64,000 nucleotides of DNA from Peribolospora baueri (lineage: Eukaryota). The notes under the pieces are model-generated. The model did no database searches and was not told the origin of the DNA. It saw nothing but the letters and a program-made list of their open reading frames with translations. A program made the position numbers and the translations under genes. The stretch is from the NCBI GenBank assembly GCA_029717555.1, contig JAMDHS010000076.1:1-64000 (forward strand), given 5' to 3'. Below, piece by piece: positions 23,703 to 36,623 of this stretch (within the stretch, counting starts at the first letter, position 1; every line of letters begins with the position of its first letter).

Positions 23703-26086
23703 TTATCCCATCTCGACCACCGCTCGTTCCACACGCTCAATCGCGTCATTGAACGCGCGAAGCTTGCTAAGGAACCCGAACTCGGTGCTCGTCGTCGTCG
23801 TCGTCGTCTCCTCGGCGGTGGACGAAGGCATGCGTCCGTCTGGACGAGCAGCGTTGAGACTCTCCTGTACCGACGACAGCGGTCCGAACCGCGAGGCCAG
23901 CAGCGCCAGTTGACTGGCCAGCTGCCCCTCCTGGGTCTGCGCGGAGGGGAGGCAGGGATGAAATAAAATGTTCATGTCAGCGTGGACGAAAAGAAAAACG
24001 ACTCAATTTCCGAGACGTAACGACCGGAGCGAATGCAGAGCAGAGCATCACGTACCGTGCCCCTCTGCGGCGGTGAGCCTTGGTCGCTCCATTCGGTGGA
24101 CGCCAATTCCAGTTCAGTGAAAAAGTCGTGCAGCTGTTGCACCTCCTAAGACGCGAGAGAGAACATGTTCGATCGTCAGCGGCGGACGTGCGCGGGAAGA
24201 GAACTTAATAGACCAGGGGGACGAGACACGAGGGACGGCGGACGGAGAGAGAGGGGGGAGACTCACGATCCTGTCGCCCTCGTCCAATCTCCACCGCTCT
24301 CTCTCCTTCTCCTCCTCACGGAGCACCTCCGCTCTCCGACGGCGTAAGTCAAGGACATCTGCCCTCAGCACTTTCTTGTTCTTGCGCGCCCGTCGGAGCT
24401 GAGCGATCAGAGAGGACCGTTCGGTGATTAGAGACGACTGTCGGGGAGGGGAGAGGGGGATAAACGAAAAAGACGACGGCGGGCGACCGGAACGGCCACT
24501 AAGTCACCGTTCGATAAAGGACACCGGTCACGAGATCCCGGCTCACCATCTCGGCGAACTGGAGCTCGAGGTTTTGGATGGCCGCTTTGAGCACTTGACG
24601 AATTCGCCTGTCCTCTTCGGCTCGGCTTTACATGTGACGTCGGATGGGTGAGCGCAGCTCTCCGTGGAAAAAAGAGAAGAAGAAGACGGCGACGACGACG
24701 TGGACCGTTTCTTGGCGATCGAGGACCTGTTCCGGTCGGGCGCGTAGGACTCACCCCATATCCATAAGGACGCTTTCCACCACTTCCCAAACAACGTCCG
24801 CATCCGTCGTCCGCGCTCCATCTGGCCTGATCGATCGCTGAGCCGTCCGTACCTCCTCCGGCAACGGCTGCTTGTCTGCTTGAGCCATGATAGCGTCCAT
24901 GGCGGCTTCGTCGATGACACGCCGAAGCGGAGACTTCTCCGCCGGTTTGGCGTTTGATTTCGTGACGCGCGCAAGCATCGGTGCGCGTGGCGGACGTCTG
25001 GACTGTTTGACTTTGACAGGCACGGAGGACGACGAGCTAGGTTCGCGTCCGGAAGGTTGGGATCCGTTCGTTGGCTGAGGCCCTCTGGTTGGCGCCGGGG
25101 GCGGGCTGGGAGCACGTCCTTGGTGCTGAGATGCTTCGAAACTTGCGGGGACTGGTTGCCGAGTCGGGAAAGGTGGAGGGAGGATTGAGTCGTGCTCCGC
25201 GCTAACGTCGTGCATGTCAACGTCCCCTCCTTCATCCCCGGCAAAGCCAGCGTCGTCGACTTCGGGCTCCGAATCCTGAACGTCGCCCTCTTCTTCAAAG
25301 TCTTCCAGGAAGGGAACGTCGTTGGACCTCTGCGGAGATTCCAACATCTCATTTATAGCCCCGAAAGTCACGACGCTTCCACGCCCGGATAGTGCGCCTC
25401 GAGCCGAAGCCAGAGCGGCCGGGGAAGCGAGAGGGGTCATAGGAGGTTCGATGGAGCCTAGGCCACTTAGAGAGGAATATCTCTCAGTTCCGACACCAAG
25501 GCCCCGACCGACTGAGGGAGGATCATTCTCCCTTTCCTTCCCTTTGGCCATGCTCAGGCGCCGCCCACTCCGGACAATGCTCTTCTCTGGCGGTGGTGGG
25601 ATACGCCTCGAGCTGAGCGTCGACCGACGACCGCCAGAGAGACGTCTAGCCGCAGAAGACGTAGAGGACATGGCGTCCCGAAGCACGCGCGCAGGGGTCT
25701 TTATAGACTGTCGTGGAGTCACAGAGGTAGTAGCGCCGCCCGCCGCTCGCTTCCATGCTGGTTCTCGGAGGGGCTTGAAGGCGAAGGAGCGCTTGAGGAT
25801 TTGATGGGTGCTGTGCGTGTGCGTGCGTTACGAGTGAATTGGAAGCATGAGGATACATGTTGGAGTCAGTACGAACGTCGCCCCCCTCCACTTCTCGCAG
25901 AATGAGGCCCTTGCACCAGACGCGCAAGGCTCGTCCAGGCCTTTTCGGACAGTCAGACGTCCAGCCCCACAGCGACCAAGGAACTCACCCAGCCCCGCGC
26001 ATGCGCTCCTGCCTCCTTTGCTGAAACTTGTGGTTCACATTCTGTGCTTGCGACGCCAAGGATGGTCCTGAAGCGATGGAGCTCAT
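23703..26086 (-). CDS. AME1: Inner kinetochore CCAN subunit CENP-U/Ame1-like
   Basis: Exon 1 (26086-25989) joined to 25810 gives QRRQERMRGAG|THQILKRSFAF, resembling the fungal Ame1 N-terminal motif. The C-terminal coiled coil has LIAQLRRARKNKKVLRADVLDLRRRR, LHDFFTELELA and GFLSKLRAFNDAIER. Assigned from recalled motifs. Confidence 0.72.
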
Positions 26087-26577
26087 GTCGGATTTATGTC
26101 CCAGTCGGGAGAGTGAAGCGCCTGGGTCGACACTTGCCTTGGAGGCGCGTACCGCGTAAATAAAGACGGTGATCACGTGGTATCCGTCATTACGGACTTG
26201 AGCGGGCGTGAGCGCGTGGGAAGGAAGACTGCTGCGGCGAGCGGACTCTGGCTGGCGTGCCACGCCCGGCTCGGCGGTGTCGAGCTTCGCGAGGCCCCAT
26301 CGCGGAGCAGCTTGATCCCTATTGACAGCGACGACGACGACAACGACAACGACGACGAAAGCGAGGATCGACGTGGACGATTTGACGCATTCCTCTTCAC
26401 TATCTTTCGCATTTCGCTCTCGTCGACGTTTACGCCTCTTGTTCCCGCCGACTTGGCGTCAGACACCGATCGAGCGAGAAGCTCTGAGCTGGCCATCCTT
26501 CGAGGTTCCGCGTCGACCTCTTCCCACTTGATCGACGCTCCCTCTCGCCGGCACAGCCGAGCTCAGTCCTGCCAAGC

Positions 26578-29500
26578 ATGCAGATGCTCACAAAGGTGCG
26601 ATAAGAAAGCCTTTTCTCCCCTGATGGATCGAGCGACTTGCTGAAGTGACCGACTCTGTTCCGTGATTTTCGGGCGTAGTTCGAGTCGAAGAGCAACAGA
26701 GTGAAGAGCATCTCCTTCCATCCTACTCGCCCTCTGCTCGCTGCTGGTCTTCACAATGGTAAGAACCCCCTCTTCTGCATGAGCATGATAGACGGAACGT
26801 TTCCGTTCACTCTTGGCCAATGCCCGCTTCTGCCGGTATCACAACAGGCTCTATCCAGATTTGGAATTATCAAACGGGCACCATCGCGGATCGACTTGAA
26901 GAGCACGATGGTACGTCTGCAGCCTTGTGTTCGACGTCTCTGTGGCTTTCGCTTTTTGTCGTTCCTGAGCCGGCTTTACAATTTGCCCCTGAACTGGCAT
27001 ACAGGACCTATCCGCGGTCTCGCCTTCCACCCCACACGTCCTTTGCTGGTCTCGGGAGGCGACGACTACAAAATCAAGCTTTGGGGTGAGCGACTCCGCA
27101 TATGCAAACGCGTCTTGATCATCATTCCGAGCACTGAAGCACGCTCACTCCTTCTTACTGTGTGCCACGTCGCCAGACTTAAAGAATCCTTCGCAGGGTC
27201 GCTGCCAGTTCACGCTTACCGGTCATCTTGACTACGTCCGCACCACCTACTTTCACCACGAGCAGCCTTGGGTGAGCCTCCGTCCTCATTTTGCATCTCA
27301 CGCTGTCGTCTCGCCTCTGACATATGCATGTTCTTCCGTACTCAGATCCTGTCGTCGTCAGACGATCAGACGATCAGAATTTGGAACTGGTCTTCACGAA
27401 AATGCATCGCCATTTTGACCGGTCACAATCATTACATCATGTGGTGAGTATTGTTGGACACTTAATGTTTTTGATTCTGCTGTACCGTCTCGTCCGCTTG
27501 TTGTGGCGCCGTTCGTTTCCGACCACTGCTTTCCGCTTGCATTTCACGCCCCCAGTGCCCAGTTCCACCCGACGGAGGACCTCGTCGTCTCTGCGGCTAT
27601 GGACCAGACGGTGCGAGTGTGGGACATTTCCGGCCTGCGAAAGAAGAGCACGTCGGCGCAGCCGATGTCCATAGAGGAGCAGGTCGCGCGTGCCAACTCG
27701 GGTCAGGCGGACCTGTTCAGCAACAACGATGCGGTGGTGAAGTATGTGCTGGAGGTGAGCGATCTTCGTCATAACTTGTGCTGGCTCGCGTTGCGGAAGC
27801 GAACTCACATCGGCCATGCACTCTCGCCTCGCTGATCCAGGGTCACGACCGCGGAGTCAATTGGGCTGCTTGGCACCCAACGCTCCCGCTCATTATCTCT
27901 GCTGGCGACGACCGACAGATTAAACTGTGGAGGATGAGCGAAACCCGTGCATGGGAAGTGGACAGCCTTCGCGGTCACTACAACAACGTGGTTATGGCCA
28001 TTTTCCACCCCCGACACGACCTCATTATTTCCGCTTCCGAGGACAAGACGATCCGCGTTTGGGATTTGACGAAGCGCACCGCCGTGCAGACGTTCCGCCG
28101 CGAGCAAGATCGCTTCTGGGTCCTTACCGCTCACCCTCATCTCAATCTCTTTGCCGCGGGCCATGACAACGGCCTTATCGTGTTCAAGCTTGAGAGGGAG
28201 CGTCCCGCTTTTTCAGTCCACAACAATATCCTCTATTACGTCCGCGACAAGCACGTCCGCGTACATGACTTCAATACCGGCTCGGACGCGAGTGCGCTCA
28301 GCGTGAGGAAGCTCGGGAACCAGTACACCCAGCCGAGGACGCTCAGCTTCAACCCCGCCGAACGCTCCGTCATTGTCACTTCCTCGGCAGACAACGGCAT
28401 CTTCGAGCTCGCCGCGCTGCCACGTGACGGCGCGGAGGCTGCGACCGAAGGGAAGCGGGGCTCGGGTTCTTCCGCTCTCTTCGTCGCGCGCAATCGCTTT
28501 GCAGTCTTGGACAAGACGGCGCAAACCATCGAAATCCGCGACCTTTCCAACGCGGTGACCAAAACGTTCAAGACCCCGGTGCCAACCAACGAGATTTTCT
28601 TTGGCGGTACCGCGAGCCTCCTGCTCTCTACAAACACGTCTGTCGTGCTATTCGATATTCAGCAACAGAAGGTTCTGGGAGAGGTGTCCAGCCCGCCCGT
28701 CAAGTACGTGATCTGGTCGAATGACGGGACCATGGTCGCACTGCTCAGCAAGCACAGTGAGTCCTTCTTCTCAAGCTGTTGTCGAGCGGACGTCCATGGA
28801 CTGTCGCTGATTCTCTCTTGTGATGCCTGGGGTAAATATTTAGCCATCACGATCGCGAACAAGTCGCTCACCCAGAGCAGTCTCATCCACGAGACGATCC
28901 GCCTTAAGTCTGGCGCCTGGGATGACAGCGGCATCTTCCTGTACTCTACGCTCAACCATATCAAGTACGCCTTGCTACAGGGCGACAACGGCATCATCAA
29001 GACGCTCGAGCAGCCAGTCTACCTCACCCGTGTCAAGGGTAAGACAGTCTATTGTCTCGATCGCTCCGCTCGCCCTCAGCAGCTTCCCATCGACCCCACC
29101 GAGTATCGCTTCAAGCTGGCCCTCGTACGTGGCAACTACGACGAGGTCCTCCAGATCATTCGGACGAGCAACTTGGTGGGGCAGGCCATCATTGCTTATC
29201 TGCAGAAGAAAGGCTTCCCGGAGGTATGATAATTTCTCTGTTCTTGATCAGCGCCTTCACGCGCTGACAAGGGCGTGCCGTTCGCAGATCGCCTTGCATT
29301 TCGTCCAAGACAAGAGCACTCGGTTCGACTTGGCCATAGAGTGCGGTAACCTGGATGTGGCACTGGAGATGGCGAAATCGATCGACCGGGAGGACTCGTG
29401 GAACCGTCTGGCACAGCAGGCGCTCAAGCAGGGCAACCACAAGGTGGTAGAGATCGCTTATCAACGCACGAAGAGTTTTGATCGGCTCTCCTTCCTCTAC

Positions 29501-31243
29501 CTCATCACGGGCAACGTGGAAAAGCTGAATAAGATGCTCAAGATTTCCGAGATGAGGGGCGATCAGATGTCCAGGTTCCACAACTCCTTGTACCTTGGTG
29601 ACGTGAAGGCGAGGATCGCGGTGCTCAGAGATGTTGGACTTTGTAAGTGGCGTTTCTTACTTCCTGAAGTCGGTAGATTGTGAGCACTTGCCTTCCCGCG
29701 CTGACGGTCAGTCATGGATGCGCTCCGATCATTGAACAGATCCCTTGGCCTACCTGACGGCAAAGTCGAACGGGCTGGAGGAGGAGGCGACCGAGATTGC
29801 GGAGATGGCTGGTGTTGGAGAGGCGCAGCTCGGCAAACTGGCCACGGCGTCTTCGTCCTCGCTCAAGCCGCCGAGCGTCATCACACCTGGATATCAATAC
29901 AACTGGCCGACGCTGCCCGGCCATGAGAGCTTCTTTGACAAGGCGCTCGTGGCTGGCGCCGATGGGGTGGCCATTCGAGAAGCGTATGCAAACGGCATTG
30001 AGAGTACGGGCGCGCACTTGGACGAGTGGATGGCCGGCGACGGGCTCGTAGACGCTGACGAAGGAGAGTTCGAGGAGGCCGGGGAAGAGGTTGAGGAGGC
30101 ATGGGACCTGGAAGAGCCCGTTGCTCCAGAAGAGGACATTCCCGGTTTGGATGGCCTTCACGTTTCGGATCTCCCTGACGCGCCAGAGGGCTTTGACCCG
30201 GGTGTCGCCGAAACGGACTACTGGCTGCGCAACTCGCCTTTGGCGGCCGATCACATTGCCGCTGGCTCTTTCCAGTCGGCCATGACGCTGTTGAACCGAC
30301 AGGTAGGCGTGGTGGAGTTTGCGCCGCTCAAGACGCTGTTCATGGACGTCTACCGATCGGCGCACACCTATCTCCAAGCCAACGCCAACCTGCCGCCGCT
30401 CAAGGTGCATCTCCGTCGTAACCCGGCATCGTCGGAACCCAAGTCGGCGCTCGCCGTCACCTGCCGCACCATTTCTTCTATCACGACCAATGAACTCCAG
30501 GAGGCGTACAGGGCTGTGGCAAGGAACAAGTTGCCGGAAGCGGCAGACCTGTTCCGATCCATCCTTCATTCGCTTGTGTTCGTCACGGCGTCCTCGGAGT
30601 CGGAGGCTTCGGAGGTGAGTGGCACACGGAACGGTTTATATGGATAGATTGGACTGCATGTGCCTCGGCGTTGAAGGCGATAGTCGACTAATCAAGCTAT
30701 CTGCTTCCTCATTTCATACAGATCCAAGACGCGGTGATCATCTGCAGAGAGTACCTTCTCGGCATCGCCGTCGAGCTGGAGCGCCGCCAGGTGGTAGCGA
30801 GCGACCCAAGCAACGTGAAGCGCGCTCTGGAGCTTGCTGCTTACTTCACTCGGGCGCAGATGCAGCCTGCCCACCTCACTTTGGCTTTGCGCTCCGCCAT
30901 GGGCCAATTCTCTAAGGCGGGCAACTACGCCACGGCGGCCTCGTTCGCGCGCCGCGTGCTCGAGCTCAATCCAGCACCCAACGTGGTGTCTATGGCTCAG
31001 CAGATCATCTCGGCGGAGAAGCGGAGCCCTCGAGACGCTGTGGAGATCGAGTACGACGCATCTTCCTCGTCGACGCTGGACATCTGCGCCGGATCGCACA
31101 CCGTTATCGCACAAGGCGAGCCGTACGTGGAGGACCCGCTGACGGGGGCGAAGTACAAGCCCGAGTTCAAAGGAACGCTGTGCCTCATCTCTAGGATCTC
31201 CGAGGTCGGCAGGCCGAGCTCTGGTTTGAGGTGTATTATCTGA
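26578..31243 (+). CDS. COP1: Coatomer subunit alpha
   Basis: [17 protein letters not shown]40 repeats ([18 protein letters not shown]), [33 protein letters not shown] and C-terminal [10 protein letters not shown]. Confidence 0.98.
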
Positions 31244-31970
31244 GAGGTCGGACGGGTGGAGCGCGCGAGGCGGCGAGGCTAGTGGTTGCGTCCTTTGTTT
31301 GGTTGCTCGGAAAGTAGAAATCGTCTTTCCGAGGTTGATTATAGTTGGGGGCGGCGAGAGAGGACGGGAGTATGTATTGGGTTTGAAGCACGGCTAGGCT
31401 GGCGAAGATTCCCTCGTATTGGATACGATATATCGGAAATACGTTGTCAACGTTCCATCCCTCCATCCCTCCATCGTCTATGCATCCAATCGATGCAAGT
31501 CGGCAGGCTCGGGTCCGACCTAAGATGCTAGCGTGCTTCTCGAAAGCGTCTGCTCTGATCGATCGGTCTATTTGTCTACAGAGGTCGAGCATGACAATGT
31601 CAACGTGCCCGCTGACCGGGTGTGGTCGGGACCCTGCTGGGCTCGGGCGGACTTGATATGTCCCTACTTGCGTATGGATGGCTTTGGAATGACCGAAGAT
31701 GCCGCCGCTGACGACGACGACGATGCCGAGGCCTAACAACTATTTATCTTCAGATGCTACTGACGACTTAGTCAGAAGAGACATGCGCTCCTTCTTGCCC
31801 AGCCCTCTCAGGAACCCGGTTCGTCTAGCCATCCATCGCCGGCCACTGACCGCCATCGAACCATCCACCACACCGCCGCTTCGAGACCAACCGCCAGGTT
31901 TGCCTTCCATCTAGCTCACCGTCCAACCACCCTTCTTCTCTTGTTCCCCCTCCCCCCCCGCCCCTCGCCC

Positions 31971-34074
31971 ATGCCTCGCCTGCAAATCCTCGTCGGCCCA
32001 GACCGCCACCACCTCGTCCCGGCGGCGGTGAACGACTCTTGCCGACCCACGGAGATTGACACGGACAGGTTCGTGGGCAGGGTGTTGGTGAGAATCAGAG
32101 ACTTCGAGAAGCATGAGGAGAATAAGGGCAAGGAGAACGGCGGGTATGAGAGCGCTGAGGAATATTTCAGAGGTGAGTGACGCGGATGAGGGAAGGGCAA
32201 GTGAGGTGGCGGGGAGACTTATGCTGGAGGCATGGAGCCGATGGTCGGAGGAATGGTCGGAGAAAGAGCGCTTCTCACAACACCTTCTTCCGTGACGTCC
32301 CTCTCAGATCGTTCTCGCCGGTTCCATATCCAAATAGAAGGGTGAGAGAGCTCAGTCCGTCTGAATCCTAAGCAGCAAACTATGTCTGACTGGCTGACGA
32401 TCGGATGTGAAATTCATGTTTGCCGTCGTCGCTGTGGACAGATGCTTCAAGCAGGAATGGACTGGAGATGATATCCTCTTCGGCACCGATTTTGATAGAT
32501 GGGTCGACTTCCCCAGGGCTCCCTTCAATGGTGTGTGTGGCTTTCGTTGCCCGACCGAGACGCGCAGCGCCGACGCACCCGGGTTCTGGCCATGTTATTA
32601 TGGCTCTTACACCGTCCTTGACCCTCTTCCCTCATGACGACCTTGAAATCACCCCCTTCCTAGCCGGCATGAGAGTGGCCAAGTTCATTGATGTGAGTAC
32701 CGAGTCTATCGGTCGTCTTCGTTCTCTGCGCCCGCCCCCGCACCCTGTTTCAGCCTGCCGGATACCACTGGTGAAGGTCGGGTGTATAACCGGTGCGAGA
32801 AGAAACTTCATGGCTCCTCCTTCCGGCGCTCTCTCCCTGGCCGCGCCTTGCCCTTCTTTGCTGCCCTTGTGCTGCTGAAATACGTGGGGCCGGGCGCTAT
32901 ACAGCTTGGGAGGTGGAGAGGTGTCAGACATTTCTTCCTTCTTTTTTAACACCACTACCGTTAAGAGCGACCGAGTACAAGTTAGGGACGCGTTTGGCTG
33001 ACCCTCGCGTTCCTTCTGCGTGATAACAGCCTTGCACCTTCTATGAGGAGCATCCCAAGTCTGGTCGGCCTTTCATCATGTCGCCGTACATCGCGTGCAT
33101 GACCACGTTCTGGTGAGCTTTGAGCTTGAACGATAGTCTCTGCGAAGTGCGACGGCTCCGGAAGCTGACATCGATCTCATGATCCGTGTCCTCCAAGTGC
33201 CTGGCCCGCTCCTTCTCGTGCTGACGATGCCGTCGTCGTGCTCCGACACACGTCTAGAGACGACACCTCGCTTGCCTTGCCTCGTAACAACGCCAGCTCG
33301 ATTGCATCTGACGAAGACCAACTCAACACGGCCGCCGCCGCCGCCCATTTGGACGGCGTCGGCAGTCCAGAAGTGAGCAGCGAAGAGGACGAGTTTGTGC
33401 CCACTGAAGAACTCGACGATTCTCAGGAACAGTCTCCCAGCGTCCAGAAGAAGAAGAAGAGTTGGTTTGGTGGATTTTCGGTGGGTTCGGACGAAAAGAA
33501 GGGCAAAGGCAAGGAGGAAGGTCGACGTATTCGACGGTATTGGCGCTTTGTCGGTTTCCGAGGAGACCCGCGGGTGGAAGTCTTCCTCAAGGCGCATAAC
33601 GCCAGCCTGCCCGTCAGTCCCACATCAACGCCTCCGTCGGAGTCGGTCAGCGCCGTTGTGACGAACTCGGCCGAGGCGACCAAGTCTTCCGACCAGTCTT
33701 CGCTCAAACCCACATTGGCTCGGCTCGGTACGATGGAGCGCGCGAAGCGGAACGCTGGTCGTTCGTCCGCCTTCGATCTCCGTAACTTTCACGAGTCTCT
33801 TCCCGATGGATCAAATGCGACGCAAGCAGATGCGGGCAAGATTGCACTCAAAGTGGACACCGCGGCAAGCACGCCCGCCGACAACACTGCTACCAGCAAC
33901 GGTGCCGCGTCGTCGGCCTCTTCCTCTCCTGCGTCCGCCACTCCGACGAGCTCTGTCACTTCTCCGAAGCGTAAGACCTTTCCCAGCCTCGACGCGTCCA
34001 TCGCTCGCTCCATCGAAGAGGCGGCCCATCGCGACGGCCTGAACGGGAACGATATTCGCGTGGCTGGGCAACTT

Positions 34075-34109
<35 letters not shown>

Positions 34110-34772
34110 CCATCATCGCACTGGATCGATACAGACGAGTAGGAGCAGCAGTCGGAGTCGGAGGAAGCAGACGTCTGACAAGGAAGACGTGGAGATTAGC
34201 ACCAAGTTGGACGACCAGCTCGGGCCGTGGAGGTTCGCTGATCAGGGGACGGACATGATCGAAGTAAGCTTATTGCCGCGTGCGAGCGCATCTGTCCAAA
34301 GATGTATACCAAGGTTGTTCTAATTTCGCATGTCTCCGTTTGTCTCTCTCTCTCCCGTCCTCACCGCACTCGAAACACGAAGGACAACGCCTTCATCTTC
34401 ACGACTACCTCTCAGCCGGTAGAGAAGAGACGAAAGCACTTCTCCAACCAGAAGAACCGCAAGGAATTCGTCTACGACCCGGACGTCGTCTATGCCGCTA
34501 GCTTCTTCAGCCCCTTTATGGATTTCAACACTTTCGACCTGACGATCGGTGAGATTTCTTTTCTCCATGCAGTACTACTTACTGGCTTATCACGCGATCG
34601 CCGTCATCTTATGGTCCCATCACATCATCGCTTGGCGACGAACGGAACAGGCCCGGTGCACATCAACGTAGCGCGCTTCTTCAGGGAGATGCCCGTCCGG
34701 TACACTCTCCGAGCGGCGCACGACGAGGAGTGTACGTTCGTCACCGTCGAGTTCAGACTCGTCGACGACTGA
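31971..34772 (+). CDS. DUF1769-family protein with a long low-complexity insert
   Basis: FVGRVLVRIRDF, FHIQIEG, WTGDDILFGTDFD, AKFIDP, RRKHFSNQKNRKEFVYDPDVVYAASFFSPFMDFNTFDL, PVRYTLR. Confidence 0.85.
32737..32933 (+). ncRNA. Candidate intronic box H/ACA snoRNA
   Basis: Lies in the 337-nt intron 32693-33029. Hairpin 1 has lower stem CGCACC/GGTGCG, pocket strands CTGTTTCA and GTATAACC, and upper stem GCCTG/CGGGT. H box AGAAGA at 32798-32803. Hairpin 2 is closed by TGGC-CCTC/GAGG-GTCA. ACA at 32928-32930 is followed by TTT. Confidence 0.68.
34078..34116 (+). repeat. (CAY)13 coding repeat giving poly-His13
   Basis: In-frame HHHHHHHHHHHHH within the DUF1769 insert. Confidence 0.9.
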
Positions 34773-34998
34773 TCGATCCGACTGAGGCCGATCGATGGGT
34801 CGAAGGACGTCTACTGGTCCTCACTGGTTGAGTGAACATCGAGTCGTGGTGGTCGATAGAGCGCCCGTCTCCTCCCCTCCCAATTTGTGTATCGACGACT
34901 AGAGAGCGCGCGTCTTTCCGTATCGTGGGATCGTCCGAGCGGTGCGGCGCCTGGAAACGAGGACGCGTCATTTGTGAACTCTATCTATATCTATCTAT

Positions 34999-36169
34999 CT
35001 ATTCGGCAGCGACCCTCGGTGGCTTTCGAAACTTGAGCACAAAGAGATGCTCCCTTCCCGCTCGTCTCTGTAGGGCGACGTCGCCCGAGAGACCGCAACG
35101 TTCCGAGATGTAGCGGATGAGCCAAGCTGGGTCGTTCGCTTTGACCGCCACGAGGTAGAAGAGGCCTTCTGGGGCCAAGAGAGCCTGCGGTAGGTCGATG
35201 CGGGAATGGAAGGTATATGTGGGTCGGTGGGCTGGGGAAGGATGAGCCTCAGACCAAAGAGACGGCGGGACACCTTACCTCCAACGCTCCCCCCTCCACC
35301 AATCGAACCACACTCCCCACTCCCTCCCTCCCACCAGCCCAAGCGCCCGCGATGCCCGCGCTGCTCTGCGCCTCCGCCTCCTCCTCTTCAAAAGTCGGCA
35401 CGTACGGCGGATTGAAGAGGAGAAGATCGACCTTGCCCCGTAGACGCGGCAGAAGGGAGGAGACGAGGTCTGTTCGAACTGTATCGATGGACACGAGGTT
35501 TCGTCGACCCGTGAGCGTCGTCGCTCGCGTTGCGTGGGGGTTGATGTCCGTGGTGAGGAAGACTAGACGGGTTTGGGGGCCAGTAAAGCGAGCGAGGAAC
35601 AGAGATGAGGTTGCGCAGAAGGTGGAGGGGACTCATCAGTCAGACAAAACGAGGGTGGGGTGAAGGGGGAGTGATGAGGTATGGGGAAGGCAGGAATCCG
35701 AGCCGATATAATCGCTCACGAGCGTTCGAAGCACCTATCACCTTGCCGGCAAAAGCGGAGACACAGCCAGAACCAGAGCTACAAGAGACAATGATTGAAA
35801 ACGGACAAGGATGTCCAAGTCAATGGGGTTGGGAAGAGAATTTGTCCACACGCCCGGCGATCGCCCCCGCTCACCCGATCTCGAGGCACACCCTCGGCTT
35901 GAGCTCGTTGAGCGCATCGGCGTCCGCCTCGAGAGCGTCGAGGAGAAGGAAGGTGTCCTCTGCGTCGCATAATAGAAGGGCGTGAGCGGGACATGGAGAG
36001 GGCAGGAAGCGTGGCAAGAAAGAAGCTCAGTGAGTCGGCGCTATGAAAATCTCTTCGCCCGCTCTCGTGTCTTATACCGGAGGGCGGCCGCTTCGTACCC
36101 ACCGGCAGGCTCGTATACGAGCTCGAAGTCATCCTTTCCAAGGTGATCCAGGTTCGGCGTGGGTATCAT
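34999..36169 (-). CDS. MTQ2: eRF1 glutamine methyltransferase HemK2/N6AMT1
   Basis: MIPTP...VYEPA|EDTFLLLDALE, CLEIG|SGSGCVS, TDINPHA, DLLLFNPPYVPT, AWAGG, RRAGREHLFVLKF. Confidence 0.95.
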
Positions 36170-36623
36170 CGCATTCCGACGACGTCCTGAAGACCTTTGC
36201 GAGCCAAGTCCTGCGCTCGTTCGAGTACGGCGCGGGTGCAAGATCGATCGTACAAGAGCTGCCTCGACAAAAGCTGCGGACGGACGAGGGCTGACAATCT
36301 GATCGCGGATGAAGACACGCCAAGCACACTCGGGCGTATCTTGATGCACGTCCAAGCGTCGCCTTTGCTGAAGCGATTAGACAAGTAACCACGTTAAGTA
36401 CTCGAGATGAAAGCTCGTGACGGAGCTAGAAGACCGCCCTCGCCAGCAGTGCTCGGCACGTGGTGGCATCGCATCGCCTCGTCGGCGCAGGCACTCGACC
36501 TGTGTCCATGTTCGCTGGCGTTTTCGTTTTACTGACCTAGGCCAGCGGAGATCTTCTTCGCTTCTTCTCTGACCGCCCCACCTCTCATCACCAACGACGT
36601 CGGCAGCCACCTCTGAACCCAAG

